DNA of 64,000 bases from an uncultured Candidatus Saccharibacteria bacterium (GTDB lineage: Bacteria > Patescibacteriota > JABMPQ01 > JAQVVF01): assembly GCA_964574655.1 (NCBI GenBank), contig CAZNOH010000004.1:2046-66045 (forward strand). Direction: 5' to 3'. This document shows, one piece after another, positions 29,276 to 38,346 of the stretch. Within the stretch, counting starts at the first letter, position 1, and every line of letters starts with the position of its first letter. The position numbers and the translations under genes are program-made. The notes beneath the pieces are model-generated. The model was not told the origin of the DNA. It saw only the letters and a list, made by a program, of their open reading frames with translations, and searched no databases.

Positions 29276-29400
29276 AACTTTTAATTTACAATTATCAATT
29301 ATCAATTTTCAATAAATGACCAATTACCAATTTTCAATCCGACGACAACTGTCATTGTAAATTGATCATTGAAAATTTATTGTAAATTGGAAATTGATAA
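29276..29400. repeat. AT-rich palindrome (aattatcaatt vocabulary) with core ccgacgacaac
   Basis: Arms mirror around 29339-29349; native-style element separating the two high-GC cassettes. Confidence 0.55.
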
Positions 29401-29553
29401 TTTTTAAACGTCCGCCTCAAATAACAATGTATCCATTATTATTTCAGGTGGTGCCACAGAAAATGTGGCAAGAAAAGGTACTGGGGGATGGAATGTGGGG
29501 TTCGCTGAAGTGCTTGGGTGAGTTACTAGGCTCGTCGCTTGATCAGGTCAGGC

Positions 29554-29772
29554 TCAGCCCGACTTGGATCCCCGCGACTTGCCCTTCGCGCTGAGCTCCT
29601 GCGAGGTCTTGCCGGCACCAGCGACGACGGCGCCACGTGCCGGGGCCAGGTCACCGACGGCGACCTCGCCAAGGTTCTTCTCCTTCGTCTTCGCCTTCGC
29701 CGGACACATGCCCTTGCCATGCCGGTCGCCTCCGCTCTGAACTCGCTGGTGACAGTAGATGCAGTTCGACAT
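29554..29772 (-). CDS. Small 72-aa high-GC protein with CxxCH...C zinc-ribbon-like N-terminus and Lys-rich tail
   Basis: agaaGGAGGaaaagtcgcg-ATG; MSNCIYCHQRVQSGGDRHGKGMCPAKAKTKEK...; the ORF track places the start 18 codons upstream, but the SD-positioned ATG is at 29772. Confidence 0.5.
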   Translation of the reverse strand: MSNCIYCHQRVQSGGDRHGKGMCPAKAKTKEKNLGEVAVGDLAPARGAVVAGAGKTSQELSAKGKSRGSKSG

Positions 29773-29832
29773 CGCGACTTTTCCTCCTTCTCTCGAGTGA
29801 CTCTCTATTGGTCCCCCTCCCCGCAAACGTGA

Positions 29833-29999
29833 CTGAGATAATAGCTAATAGTTGATAGCTAATAGTCGTTCTATTAGCTCTTAGCTATAAGCTATTATCA
29901 CGATTCCGTCCATTTATTAGAGGCCGAAATGGCTCGGCAAGGACTAAAAAAGATTAATTCCCTGGAGACCATTTCACCTCCTCTAATAGATAGACGGAG
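29833..29999. other. Structured non-coding segment: atagctaatag palindrome (29833-29906) then a 19-nt inverted repeat (tccgtccatttattagagg / cctctaatagatagacgga) enclosing a ~55-nt core
   Basis: Perfect or near-perfect complementarity read directly; no ORF. Confidence 0.4.
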
Positions 30000-30338
30000 T
30001 TCGCAAGTTCCTAAAGTTATAAAGTTCATAAAGTAGGGACGAAACACTGCTTCGTCTGCGTTGATTGACATATTTGAAGTAAGCTTGATTTGAGCTTGAA
30101 CCTTGCATTATATTACTGTATTTTAACCGTGTCAAGGGTATTCTACACATTATTATGCTTTTTCATTGGCTACTACTACTTTTTGCTTTAGATAAGGCAA
30201 AAACAAAAATGTGCTTTATGGCACATTCTGTCTATTTTTACTGACATCTTATATAATATCAACTAATATATATTTCGCAAGCTTTTGTCTTCAAATTGCT
30301 AGTTTTTGCTACATATTACTCTAATCTGTTGAAAAGTC

Positions 30339-30366
30339 TTGACAAATTCTGCGGGTTTGATATATT
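30339..30366 (+). promoter_or_regulatory. Sigma70-like promoter TTGACA-16-TATATT
   Basis: ttgaca 30339-30344, tatatt 30361-30366. Confidence 0.5.
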
Positions 30367-30402
30367 ACTAAGTTATAAATTATCTTGATCTTTATCTATC
30401 TT

Positions 30403-30486
30403 AGAACAGGAGACAACGCCCGCATGAGGCGTGCTGTTCTCCTTCCCCCTGCGGAAGAGGAGGTGGCTATGGGCGACGGAGACTAG
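30403..30486 (+). ncRNA. Candidate small RNA or leader: GC-rich hairpin (30403-30440) plus GGA-rich tail with GGAGG and a 5-codon mini-ORF (ATG GGC GAC GGA GAC TAG, 30469-30486)
   Basis: agaacag-gagacaacgcccgcatgaggcgtg-ctgttct; five GGA motifs in ~85 nt; mid-GC unlike its surroundings; no downstream CDS on this strand. Confidence 0.3.
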
Positions 30487-30645
30487 ACGAAGTACGAAAG
30501 TTAAAAAGTTGTAAAGTTGAAGGTCAAAACGAGCGTCGCGGAGCAACTAAAAATGAATTCAAAATTTGAACCCTGGATCAAAAAGCCGAGCTTATGCCCG
30601 GTTTTATTTTGCTTGCGAGTTAAAAGTTAAATGTTAACAGTTAAC

Positions 30646-31398
30646 TTATAACTTACTTGCTGATTCCCATGCAAGATAGAATAAGGATCTTATCGTATTT
30701 GCGATTTCTTTATTTTCGATGATTACGCCGGATAGTTTGCCCTTCAAAGATGCAATGGCAACTTTATTATTATAAATTGTTAAATCTGAAGTAACCGGAT
30801 ATTTATCAAATGGAACAAATCTTCTCTCCCCTAATCTTTTTGGGCGGATAACTTCTCCTTTTACTGCAGTATAGATTGCATAGGTAGCAATTTTTTTTTC
30901 AGTTCTTCTTTCAGCAAATTCTTTGTTTTCTTCTGGCGTAAAAACTTTATTAAGATCATCAAGGCAATACATTGATTCTATTTTTTTGTCTGTTGTTTTT
31001 AAAAAATCTTCACGCATTGATAAAAGTCCTTGTCTGCCTTCAAAAAATCTAACTGTTGGTTTTTCAGTTGGTAAATTATATAATGCCTTGAATTCTGGCA
31101 AAATATTTTCAAATTCTTTTTGCTTTTGATCGATGTCTTCTTTTTGTTGGTGCAAAAGACTAACTAGCTTGTCTGGAGATTCAGCTACAAAATATGTTTT
31201 TTTATCTTTTTCGAAAGTTGTTACAATTCCTTTTTTTTGTAATGACTCTAAAATAAAATAAGCAGTTGGTCGATTGATCCCTGCTTTTTTAGAAATATTT
31301 AAAACTGTGTCATATCCCAATTCCAAAGCAGCCAAGTAAACTTTTGCTTCCTTGTCAGATAATCCTAGCTTAATAAGTTCTTGAGAGAGTAAAGACAT
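30646..31398 (-). CDS. TrmB-family transcriptional regulator
   Basis: N-terminal KLGLSDKEAKVYLAALELGYDTVLNISKKAGINRPTAYFILESLQKKGIV HTH. Confidence 0.7.
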   Translation of the reverse strand: MSLLSQELIKLGLSDKEAKVYLAALELGYDTVLNISKKAGINRPTAYFILESLQKKGIVTTFEKDKKTYFVAESPDKLVSLLHQQKEDIDQKQKEFENILPEFKALYNLPTEKPTVRFFEGRQGLLSMREDFLKTTDKKIESMYCLDDLNKVFTPEENKEFAERRTEKKIATYAIYTAVKGEVIRPKRLGERRFVPFDKYPVTSDLTIYNNKVAIASLKGKLSGVIIENKEIANTIRSLFYLAWESASKL

Positions 31399-31486
31399 GT
31401 TAAAAAATTTAAAAGTAAAAATTCAAAAGTTAAAAATATTCGTCGACGATAATTTTGTTATTTTTAATTTGAAATTTATAATTTTA
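31399..31486. repeat. AT-rich palindrome with core tcgtcgacgat (31440-31450)
   Basis: Third member of the CGACGA-core spacer palindromes. Confidence 0.5.
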
Positions 31487-31560
31487 TGGAGCCCTCTGTC
31501 AGAATCGAACTGACATATGCAGTTTACAAAACTGCTGTTCTGCCACTGAACTAAGAGGGC
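31487..31560 (-). tRNA. tRNA-Thr (anticodon TGT), CCA encoded
   Basis: GCCCTCTTAGTTCAGTGGCAGAACAGCAGTTTTGTAAACTGC...GGTTCGATTC...AGAGGGCTCCA. Confidence 0.75.
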
Positions 31561-31641
31561 AACGTGAATTTTAAATTTCTAATTTTAAATTTCAAAACTT
31601 GACGGTTTCGAAATTCGAAATTTTAAATTCAAAATTTAGCT

Positions 31642-31724
31642 TGGGTAGGGCAGGGTTCGAACCTGCGAAGCCCGAAGGCATCAGATTTACAGTCTGATCC
31701 ATTTGACCGCTTTGGTACCTACCC
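31642..31724 (-). tRNA. tRNA-Tyr (anticodon GTA), long variable arm
   Basis: GGGTAGGTACCAAAGCGGTCAAATGGATCAGACTGTAAATCTGATGCCTTCGGGCTTCGCAGGTTCGAACCCTGCCCTACCCA. Confidence 0.75.
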
Positions 31725-31767
31725 ATTTGTTTATAATTATAATTTATTTTGCTTGAAAGATCAAGCT

Positions 31768-31800
31768 ATCCGCCTCCGTCCTGCGGGACTACGGTGGATG
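31768..31800 (-). repeat. R2 copy of a conserved structured element (atccgcc...gtggat), 2 nt after tRNA-Thr(GGT)
   Basis: Aligns with R1 at 40653-40684; compensatory C-G to U-A change in the inner stem and a G-U in the outer stem. Confidence 0.5.
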
Positions 31801-31802
31801 AA

Positions 31803-31875
31803 AGCCGTTGACCGGAATCGAACCGGTGACCTACTCCTTACCATGGAATTGCTCTGCCGACTGAGCTACAACGGC
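31803..31875 (-). tRNA. tRNA-Thr (anticodon GGT)
   Basis: GCCGTTGTAGCTCAGTCGGCAGAGCAATTCCATGGTAAGGAGTAGGTCACCGGTTCGATTCCGGTCAACGGCT. Confidence 0.75.
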
Positions 31876-32084
31876 CCCGTACCAAGTTTCTTGTAATTAA
31901 GACACCTAATTTTGATTTAAATAAATCGTTAAAAAAGTTTAGAGCGTCAAATACAGAAACTTGGTTCGGGGCAGGCCCAGTTCACCCCGTACCAAGTTTC
32001 TGTATTAATATTTACGAATATATTTTTTTTATATTCAATATCCAAAGCCAGGAACTTCGACTTGATTAACTTGGTTCGGGGTTA
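31876..32084. repeat. REP-like repeat family gaaacttggtWcgggg: four copies including a 19-bp-stem hairpin at 31954-32013
   Basis: Copies at 31876-31892, 31956-31972, 31993-32011 and 32068-32084. Confidence 0.5.
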
Positions 32085-32720
32085 TTTCCTTCTGATTGAT
32101 AAGTCTTTTTTTAGATTTCTGATTTTGTAGATTTCAGTTTGTGATTCCAAATCATTAGGATTCAATTTTACGGCTTGCTCGTATGCTGATTGCGCATCAC
32201 TCAGAATTTGTTGGATAAAATATATTTTTCCTAAACCTTTGTATGCAACAATGTCTTTTGAATCTTTTTTGATTAATTCTAAATAAACTTTCTCTGCTTC
32301 TTTGTATTCTTTTTTTCCGGTTAGAAGCTCCGCTTTCGCGCGAAGACTAATTGGAGATTTAGTTTCTGTTTTGGAAATTGGTCTTACAGCAGAAACAGAT
32401 TTTGGACGATTAATGATTAGTTTTCTAACTTCTTGCACAGATGCGCTGTCTTCCCTACTATCTTCCTTTTTAATTTTATCTTTAAGATTTCTTAAATTTA
32501 CAATCTTTGCAAAAACAGCCTGCATAATACTAACAGAAAAATCAATTATTGATTTTCCAGCTTTTTGAAATAATGATTTTTCTTTATTCTTATTCTCTAC
32601 TTTTATCTTTGCAACTTCGGGAAATTTTCTAGCGACAATTACAATAATACCAGCTAAAGCTAGAATGATAATTATTTCTGGAATTAAAGTTTGTAATGTA
32701 AACATTGCTATCAATTTCAA
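32082..32720 (-). CDS. Membrane-anchored TPR-like hypothetical protein
   Basis: N-terminal TM; C-terminal TPR-like helices. Confidence 0.5.
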   Translation of the reverse strand: MKLIAMFTLQTLIPEIIIILALAGIIVIVARKFPEVAKIKVENKNKEKSLFQKAGKSIIDFSVSIMQAVFAKIVNLRNLKDKIKKEDSREDSASVQEVRKLIINRPKSVSAVRPISKTETKSPISLRAKAELLTGKKEYKEAEKVYLELIKKDSKDIVAYKGLGKIYFIQQILSDAQSAYEQAVKLNPNDLESQTEIYKIRNLKKDLSIRRK

Positions 32721-32820
32721 ATTCTAAATTTTAAATTTCAAATTAATTTTAAATGATCGAATTTTAAAAATATTTTGAAATTAAGAAATTTGAAATTTAT
32801 TTAAAATTTTAAATTAGAAA

Positions 32821-33612
32821 TTATCTTTCGGGTAATTTTACTGTTATTCTTGTTTTGTCATCTAGTATTATTTCCAGGCTTCTAGTTAATAGATTTCGGC
32901 CGATAACTGTGCCGACGCCTTCTTTTGCCCTAACTCTTTTGCCAATTGGCGGAAAATCTTTGGATAATTCTTGATATAATTCTTTTTCGTATGCTAGACA
33001 ACAAACAAGCCGACCGCAGACGCCAGAAATTCTTTCAGAACCTCTTTGGACCATTTGCTGTTCACGAGCCATATCTGTTGTGATGCTAGCAAAATCTTTT
33101 AAGAAACGATTACAACAAAGCTCACGTCCGCAAAGTCCACAGCCTCCATATTTTGCTGCAACGTCGCGAGAGCCTACTTGTTGCAAGCGAATTGATTTTT
33201 GGAATTTTTTAGTTAAATCTTTTACTAACTCTCTAAAGTCAACTCTGCTCTCGGCTGTGAAATAAAAAATTATTTTTGATCCATCAAAAGCATAATTTGC
33301 CGCAACTATTTTCATGTCTAGATCATGTTTGCTAACTAACTCCTTGCAAACCTTTAATGTCTCGTCTTGCTTTATTTTATAGCTTGCTTGTTTTTCCAAA
33401 TCAGTTGTAGTTGCTTTTCTTAAGATTGTTTTTAAAGCAAACTCTAGCTTTGTTTCATCAACTTCTTTGTTTGCAAAAACAACCGTACCGATTTCTGTTC
33501 CTTGTTCGGTCTCGACAATTACCTTGTCTTCTTTTTCCAATAAAATATTATTTTGGTCAAAGTTATAGACTTTATCTAAAACGTTAAATTTTATTCCAGC
33601 TATGATCTTCAT
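32821..33612 (-). CDS. ricT: PSP1 C-terminal domain protein (YaaT/RicT-like)
   Basis: PSP1 fold sequence with Cys cluster GGCGLCGRELCCNRF...CGRLVCCL. Confidence 0.65.
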   Translation of the reverse strand: MKIIAGIKFNVLDKVYNFDQNNILLEKEDKVIVETEQGTEIGTVVFANKEVDETKLEFALKTILRKATTTDLEKQASYKIKQDETLKVCKELVSKHDLDMKIVAANYAFDGSKIIFYFTAESRVDFRELVKDLTKKFQKSIRLQQVGSRDVAAKYGGCGLCGRELCCNRFLKDFASITTDMAREQQMVQRGSERISGVCGRLVCCLAYEKELYQELSKDFPPIGKRVRAKEGVGTVIGRNLLTRSLEIILDDKTRITVKLPER

Positions 33613-33747
33613 AAAATTCTAAACTCTAAATTCTAAACCCTAAATAAATTCAAAATTCAAATTTCTAAAACTCAAAGATTTTAAAGCTTTTGGGTTTTGT
33701 TATTTGAATTTAGGATTTAGAATTTTGTATTTCTAAATAATTCAATA

Positions 33748-34446
33748 TTATTTAATAATAGTTCCAATCTTTTCACCTGCAATAACTTTTTTCAGATTGT
33801 CTTCCTTTTTAACATTAAAAACTACAATAGTCAATCCATTATCGCGCGCTAGAGAGAAAGCAGTCTGATCCATGACAGCTAATTTTTTAGATAGTACTTC
33901 GTCATAAGAAAGTTCATCATATTTTTTTGCATTTGGATTTTCATTTGGATCAGAATCATAAACGCCATCAACATTAGTTGCTTTTAAAACAATGTCACAA
34001 TTTGTTTGCAAAGCATGCAACACGGCACCAGTATCAGTTGAAAAAAATTGGTTACCAGTTCCTCCACCCATAATAACAATCTTTTTTTCATCCATATAAT
34101 GGATTGCTTTTCCAGGAGTGTAATATTGAATAATATAAGGCATGTAAATTTGCGATAGTGCCCTTGCTTCTTGATGTCCAAATTTATCAATTGCTTCACG
34201 CAAATTAATAGCATTCATCACTGACCCTAGCATTCCGAGATTATCAGCAATAGTTCTTTTCATTTCTTTTTCTTCCTTGCCACGATAAATATTACCAGCG
34301 CCGATTTCAACAATTACTTGCTTGCCCATTTTTACTAATTCAACAATTTGGCTAGCATATTTAGAAACTGTTTCTTGGTCGATTCCAAAATCTTTGTCAC
34401 CCATCATTAATTCACCTGATAATTTTAACATTATTCGATTGTACAT
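33748..34446 (-). CDS. pyrH: UMP kinase
   Basis: MLKLSGELMM N-terminal signature; amino-acid kinase fold. Confidence 0.85.
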   Translation of the reverse strand: MYNRIMLKLSGELMMGDKDFGIDQETVSKYASQIVELVKMGKQVIVEIGAGNIYRGKEEKEMKRTIADNLGMLGSVMNAINLREAIDKFGHQEARALSQIYMPYIIQYYTPGKAIHYMDEKKIVIMGGGTGNQFFSTDTGAVLHALQTNCDIVLKATNVDGVYDSDPNENPNAKKYDELSYDEVLSKKLAVMDQTAFSLARDNGLTIVVFNVKKEDNLKKVIAGEKIGTIIK

Positions 34447-34458
34447 AGTTTTGTTTTT

Positions 34459-34951
34459 AAGTAAAAATTAAAAAGTAAAAAGGTAAAAGTTACAAGTCAA
34501 AAGTCAAAAAACTATTAATAATATTTTTTGGCTTTTGCTTTTAAAATTATTGAAGCTAAAATATTTGTAATTTCGTTTAATTCTTCCAATAAACTTTTTA
34601 CTTCGCTTAAAATATTTTGATTTTTTGTAAGATCAGAATCCCTCAACAATCCTAACCAAAATTTTGATTCATTGCCAGACCTTAAAGCAATGCCATAATA
34701 CTTAATAAATTCTTTCTTAGATGAAGACGCCTGAACCTCAATGATATTTGCACCAATGCTACTTCCTGACCTGAGCAATTGTTTCAAAATAACTTCCGTT
34801 GATAAATTTCTAGGAAATTTGTTAGAAAGTTTAATTATCCTAATAGCAAAAAAATAAACTCTTTTCTTAATATCATAAATTTTCCCTTCTTCGTTCGTCA
34901 TTTTTTTACTTTTTTACTTGTGGCTTTTTACTTTTTCCTTTTGACTTTTAC
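34459..34951. mobile_element. IVS-like cassette: second four-helix-bundle gene flanked by gtaaaag/gtcaaaag-vocabulary inverted arms (34459-34510 and 34902-34951) between pyrH and tsf
   Basis: Arms share k-mers in inverted order; a homologous gene-free arm lies at 42165-42215. Confidence 0.5.
34515..34901 (-). CDS. Four-helix-bundle protein (TIGR02436-like), paralog of 5817-6188
   Basis: RLLRSGSSIGANIIEVQASSSKKEFIKYYGIALRSGNESKFWLGLL. Confidence 0.7.
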   Translation of the reverse strand: MTNEEGKIYDIKKRVYFFAIRIIKLSNKFPRNLSTEVILKQLLRSGSSIGANIIEVQASSSKKEFIKYYGIALRSGNESKFWLGLLRDSDLTKNQNILSEVKSLLEELNEITNILASIILKAKAKKYY

Positions 34952-34958
34952 CTTATCA

Positions 34959-35549
34959 TTAAATTTCGAATCTCGTAAATCTTTTGATCACAATTTTTTC
35001 TCCCAACTTCGCAGTTGTTTCAACTAATAAATCTTGAACAGTTTTTTCAGGATCTTTAACTAGAGCTTGAGTTGTTAAAGCATTTTCTTCACAATATTTT
35101 TTTACTTTTCCGTCCATAATTTTGTCAGCAATCTCTTTTGGTTTGCCCATCTTATTGATTTCTTCTTGCCATTCTTTTTTTAATTCTTCTAATTTTTCAG
35201 CTGGAACTTCTTCAGGAGAAATACAAATTGGATTTGAGGCTGCAACTTGAATAGCAATATCGTGCGCCATTTGTTGGAAATCTTGGTTTCTTGCTACAAA
35301 ATCTGTTTCACAAAGCAATTCAACCATTGTGCCAATTTTTTTGTTAGCATGAATATAACAATCAATAATGCCTTCACTTGCTTCTCTACCTGCTTTTTTA
35401 GCCATGATTTCTTGGCCTCTTTTCTTTAATAATTTGATTGCTTCATCATAATTTCCATTTGCTTCTTCTAAGGCTTTTTTACAGTCCATCATGCCTGCTC
35501 CAGTTTGCATTCTTAGATTTTTGATGTCTTCCATTTTTATTTGCGTCAT
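34959..35549 (-). CDS. tsf: Elongation factor Ts (short form)
   Basis: N-terminal UBA-like LRMQTGAGMMDCKKALEEANGNYDEAIKLLKKRG. Confidence 0.85.
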   Translation of the reverse strand: MTQIKMEDIKNLRMQTGAGMMDCKKALEEANGNYDEAIKLLKKRGQEIMAKKAGREASEGIIDCYIHANKKIGTMVELLCETDFVARNQDFQQMAHDIAIQVAASNPICISPEEVPAEKLEELKKEWQEEINKMGKPKEIADKIMDGKVKKYCEENALTTQALVKDPEKTVQDLLVETTAKLGEKIVIKRFTRFEI

Positions 35550-35580
35550 ACGTTTATTGTTAAAATTTTGAAATAGATAT

Positions 35581-35670
35581 TCCGCGATTTCTGCGTTTTA
35601 TTCTGCATTTTCTGCGATTAGGGCTTTAACGCAGAATGACGCTGAAATGTACGCAGAAGACGCAGAATAC
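35581..35670. repeat. Gene-free palindrome of the tctgcg/cgcaga vocabulary family (three tctgcg units, then three cgcaga units)
   Basis: Same family, including the attccgcgattt string, as the arms flanking the GxxExxY gene at 55708-56254. Confidence 0.55.
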
Positions 35671-35913
35671 AAATATCTCGTAATTTATATTGTTGACAAA
35701 TTAATAATTATATAATATAATATTTAGTGCTCTTTTTAAATTCAGCTATTGTTTTGATCATGAGTTATCCCTATTATCCGCGTGTAATCCGTTAAAATCC
35801 GTTTTTCAAAAACGCGGGTGCAGACTGATTGCACACGGATAAAACGGATAACTTGCAACTTCAGAGTAGCAGAACTAAAACGCAAAGTCAAAGGCAAAAC
35901 GAGGAGGAAGAGA

Positions 35914-37419
35914 ATGGCTGAGCCAGTAGATCTTGATCTTGATGATCTGCTCGAATTGCTTGTTTCTACAGATCCAATGCCAAAGTCTGGTTCTTGTGCA
36001 AAAGCTTCCACTTGTTTGGAAAAAAAAGATTTTGCTGGTGCTTTGTCTCATTGTGAGCAAGCTCTTGAAGAAGATCCTTGCAATGGATTGGCAATGAATC
36101 TCCAAATTCATGTCCTGTTCGAATCTGATCAAAAAGATTTGGCAATGGCAAAGCTTGGATATTTGCTGAAATTCTTTCCAAATCTTCAAAGCGCAAATCT
36201 TACTGAACTTGTAGCATTGTTTTCTGATCGAGATGACGAGATTGGTTATCTCACGTTTCAAGTAAAAGCTTGCTTGGAACAAAGGAGATTTGAAGATGCA
36301 ACTAATTATTGCAATGATGCTCTATTGATAAATCCTCTGTCTTGCCAAGCACTTTGCTTGCAAGTGCAGATTCAACTTTCCATGAAGGAATTTGACAAAG
36401 CTGAATATGGCCTGCGCCATTTACTGAAATATTATGGCCAAAACAAGCAAGTAGGTTTTCTAGCAAGAAACTATATTGAAGCAATGATTGCTGAAGACAA
36501 GTTTGCTGATGCATTGATCTTCTTTGTCCAGTTCAGAGAGGATCGCTCTCTGGCTTTGAGCTATGTTGGAACAGCTTGTTCAAGGTATGCAGAATACGAA
36601 CGTAAGGCTGTCAAAGAGCTTGAAGACCGCAACGAACAAAGATTAAAGCTGGCTGAAGCAGAAATAGTTTTCAGAGAAGCAATCGCATATTTGCAAGACT
36701 TGCCAATCTTTTTGATTCAGGCCTTTGAGGGCTTGCTCTATGTGTATCTGGAATGGTCTAAGAAATTCAAGGATGACAAGATCGTTGAGATGCTGGCACT
36801 CCTGAATCAAGCAGAAAGTCTGCAAGTCAGAGTGCCGCCAAGAATCTATGCTGCTTTTGTCTTTTACTATGCACGTAAGCCGTCCTTTTTTTGCCAAGCA
36901 ACAGAGTACTTGGCGAGATGCAGATTGGCTGACGCAACTGATGAAAAAGCTGTACAGGCAACTCGCGCATACTTGGGACATTTGAAAGAGCATCGCCGAA
37001 CTGCAGCTAACGTAACAGATCGCGAAATGAAAATAACAAGACTGCAACAACTGGCATTAGTCTGCAAAGATGCTTTGAAGTTATTTAATGATAGAGAAAT
37101 TCTGGCAGCGATTTCAGTGAATCTGCTCTTCATCTTTCTCTTGATCTCCAAAATGGTTGCCAAATCACGATTATCAGATATGCTAGAAACACTGCAATCT
37201 TTGGAGATGGTGGTTGATGAAGAAAACCGTACGCCAGAAATGTATCTGCCTTTTGTCTATTATTTCACGCAAGTGAGAAAAGACAAAAATCAGGCAGATT
37301 ATTTCATGGCTCGTTGCGAACAACATATTTGTTCAAATGAAAAAGAGTACCTTGAACCAGCATACGTGGCTTATCAAGTCGCATTTGGAACGTCCTTTGG
37401 GATTGATCAGTCTTCATGA
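35914..37419 (+). CDS. Hypothetical alpha-helical TPR-like protein (~502 aa; foreign cassette)
   Basis: GC about 42%; RBS aacGAGGAGGaagaga-ATG at 35914 (the ORF track extends upstream without a start); hairpin plus T-run after the stop. Confidence 0.55.
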   Translation: MAEPVDLDLDDLLELLVSTDPMPKSGSCAKASTCLEKKDFAGALSHCEQALEEDPCNGLAMNLQIHVLFESDQKDLAMAKLGYLLKFFPNLQSANLTELVALFSDRDDEIGYLTFQVKACLEQRRFEDATNYCNDALLINPLSCQALCLQVQIQLSMKEFDKAEYGLRHLLKYYGQNKQVGFLARNYIEAMIAEDKFADALIFFVQFREDRSLALSYVGTACSRYAEYERKAVKELEDRNEQRLKLAEAEIVFREAIAYLQDLPIFLIQAFEGLLYVYLEWSKKFKDDKIVEMLALLNQAESLQVRVPPRIYAAFVFYYARKPSFFCQATEYLARCRLADATDEKAVQATRAYLGHLKEHRRTAANVTDREMKITRLQQLALVCKDALKLFNDREILAAISVNLLFIFLLISKMVAKSRLSDMLETLQSLEMVVDEENRTPEMYLPFVYYFTQVRKDKNQADYFMARCEQHICSNEKEYLEPAYVAYQVAFGTSFGIDQSS

Positions 37420-37615
37420 GAGGCTGATTTTTTTTGCTTACGAATCGCACAAATGCCTTACGACCGCGAATCTCGCTAATACACTTTTTGGCTTATTCTT
37501 CCCATTTCCCACGTCCTATTTCCCATTTCACAAATGGCATTGACAAAAATAAGGTGCTGTGATATGATGAAAGGCTCTAAATTCGGAGCGTACTCTCACA
37601 GCGTGGAGGTATGAG

Positions 37616-38206
37616 ATGTCTCGCCAGGTTCCGGTGGATCAGTTCGAAGGGCTGGGGCTCCTGCCCCTGATCATCCTCGTAAAGGTGGCCGGAATCGGTC
37701 CCTGGATTGAGGCTCTGCTGCCCGAACGGCAGTACAACGCAGACGCGGTTGCCGCAAGGCGCCGCAAGGAGGCGGAGGAACTCGGAATCTCGTTCGGGAT
37801 CCGACGTGACGGGATGGATGACACAGGTTGCAACGTGATCTGCAACCGGCAATTCGTGTGGATCGACGCTCTTCTGGCGGGATTCGCCATGGAGAGATAC
37901 AAGATCACGGAAGCGAGCTGGTTCTGGCGCGAGGATGAGCGAGGACGGAAGCGCTTCCTCCAGCTCGCCTTCACCATGACCGGCGATGCTATTTCTCTAC
38001 CGAAACGTGTTTCACGGATGTTCGCCGTGGGCGTGGTTCCTTTCGTGAACGTCTGGGCAAACGTTCGCGAGAGTGGTGAAGAGCTGTTTCGGCTCGACAC
38101 CATCAATGTCCCTAGCCCCCGCATGAACGTGGTGGCCGAGGAGGAGTTGCACTGCAGCTTCTCTCCCGGTCGATACACCTACCTCACCACCGCTCCCCAC
38201 CGCTAG
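37616..38206 (+). CDS. Hypothetical 196-aa protein (GC about 58%; foreign cassette)
   Basis: RBS gtGGAGGtatgag-ATG; followed by the terminator at 38249-38278. Confidence 0.55.
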   Translation: MSRQVPVDQFEGLGLLPLIILVKVAGIGPWIEALLPERQYNADAVAARRRKEAEELGISFGIRRDGMDDTGCNVICNRQFVWIDALLAGFAMERYKITEASWFWREDERGRKRFLQLAFTMTGDAISLPKRVSRMFAVGVVPFVNVWANVRESGEELFRLDTINVPSPRMNVVAEEELHCSFSPGRYTYLTTAPHR

Positions 38207-38248
38207 GCCCCCCCCACACACACCCGCACCTTTCTACCCGCCCTTTGA

Positions 38249-38278
38249 AACCGATTGCATTCTGCAGTCGGTTTTTTC
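38249..38278 (+). terminator. Rho-independent terminator
   Basis: aaccgattgca-ttc-tgcagtcggtt with G-U, then T6. Confidence 0.65.
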
Positions 38279-38346
38279 TTGGGAAAAATTTTGAAAATAA
38301 AAATGCCCGACCTGTAAGATTGGACAAAATTTAATTATTTAAAAAC

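Noticed and set aside
29554-29826. Longer 90-aa version of the small high-GC ORF
   Set aside because: The GGAGG motif sits inside that reading and is correctly spaced for the internal ATG at 29772, so the shorter 72-aa protein is preferred.
30553-30627. 24-codon ORF (MNSKFEPWIKKPSLCPVLFCLRVKS) downstream of the GGA-rich element
   Set aside because: Weak RBS and no supporting signal; mentioned only as a possible leader-controlled peptide. Insufficient evidence.
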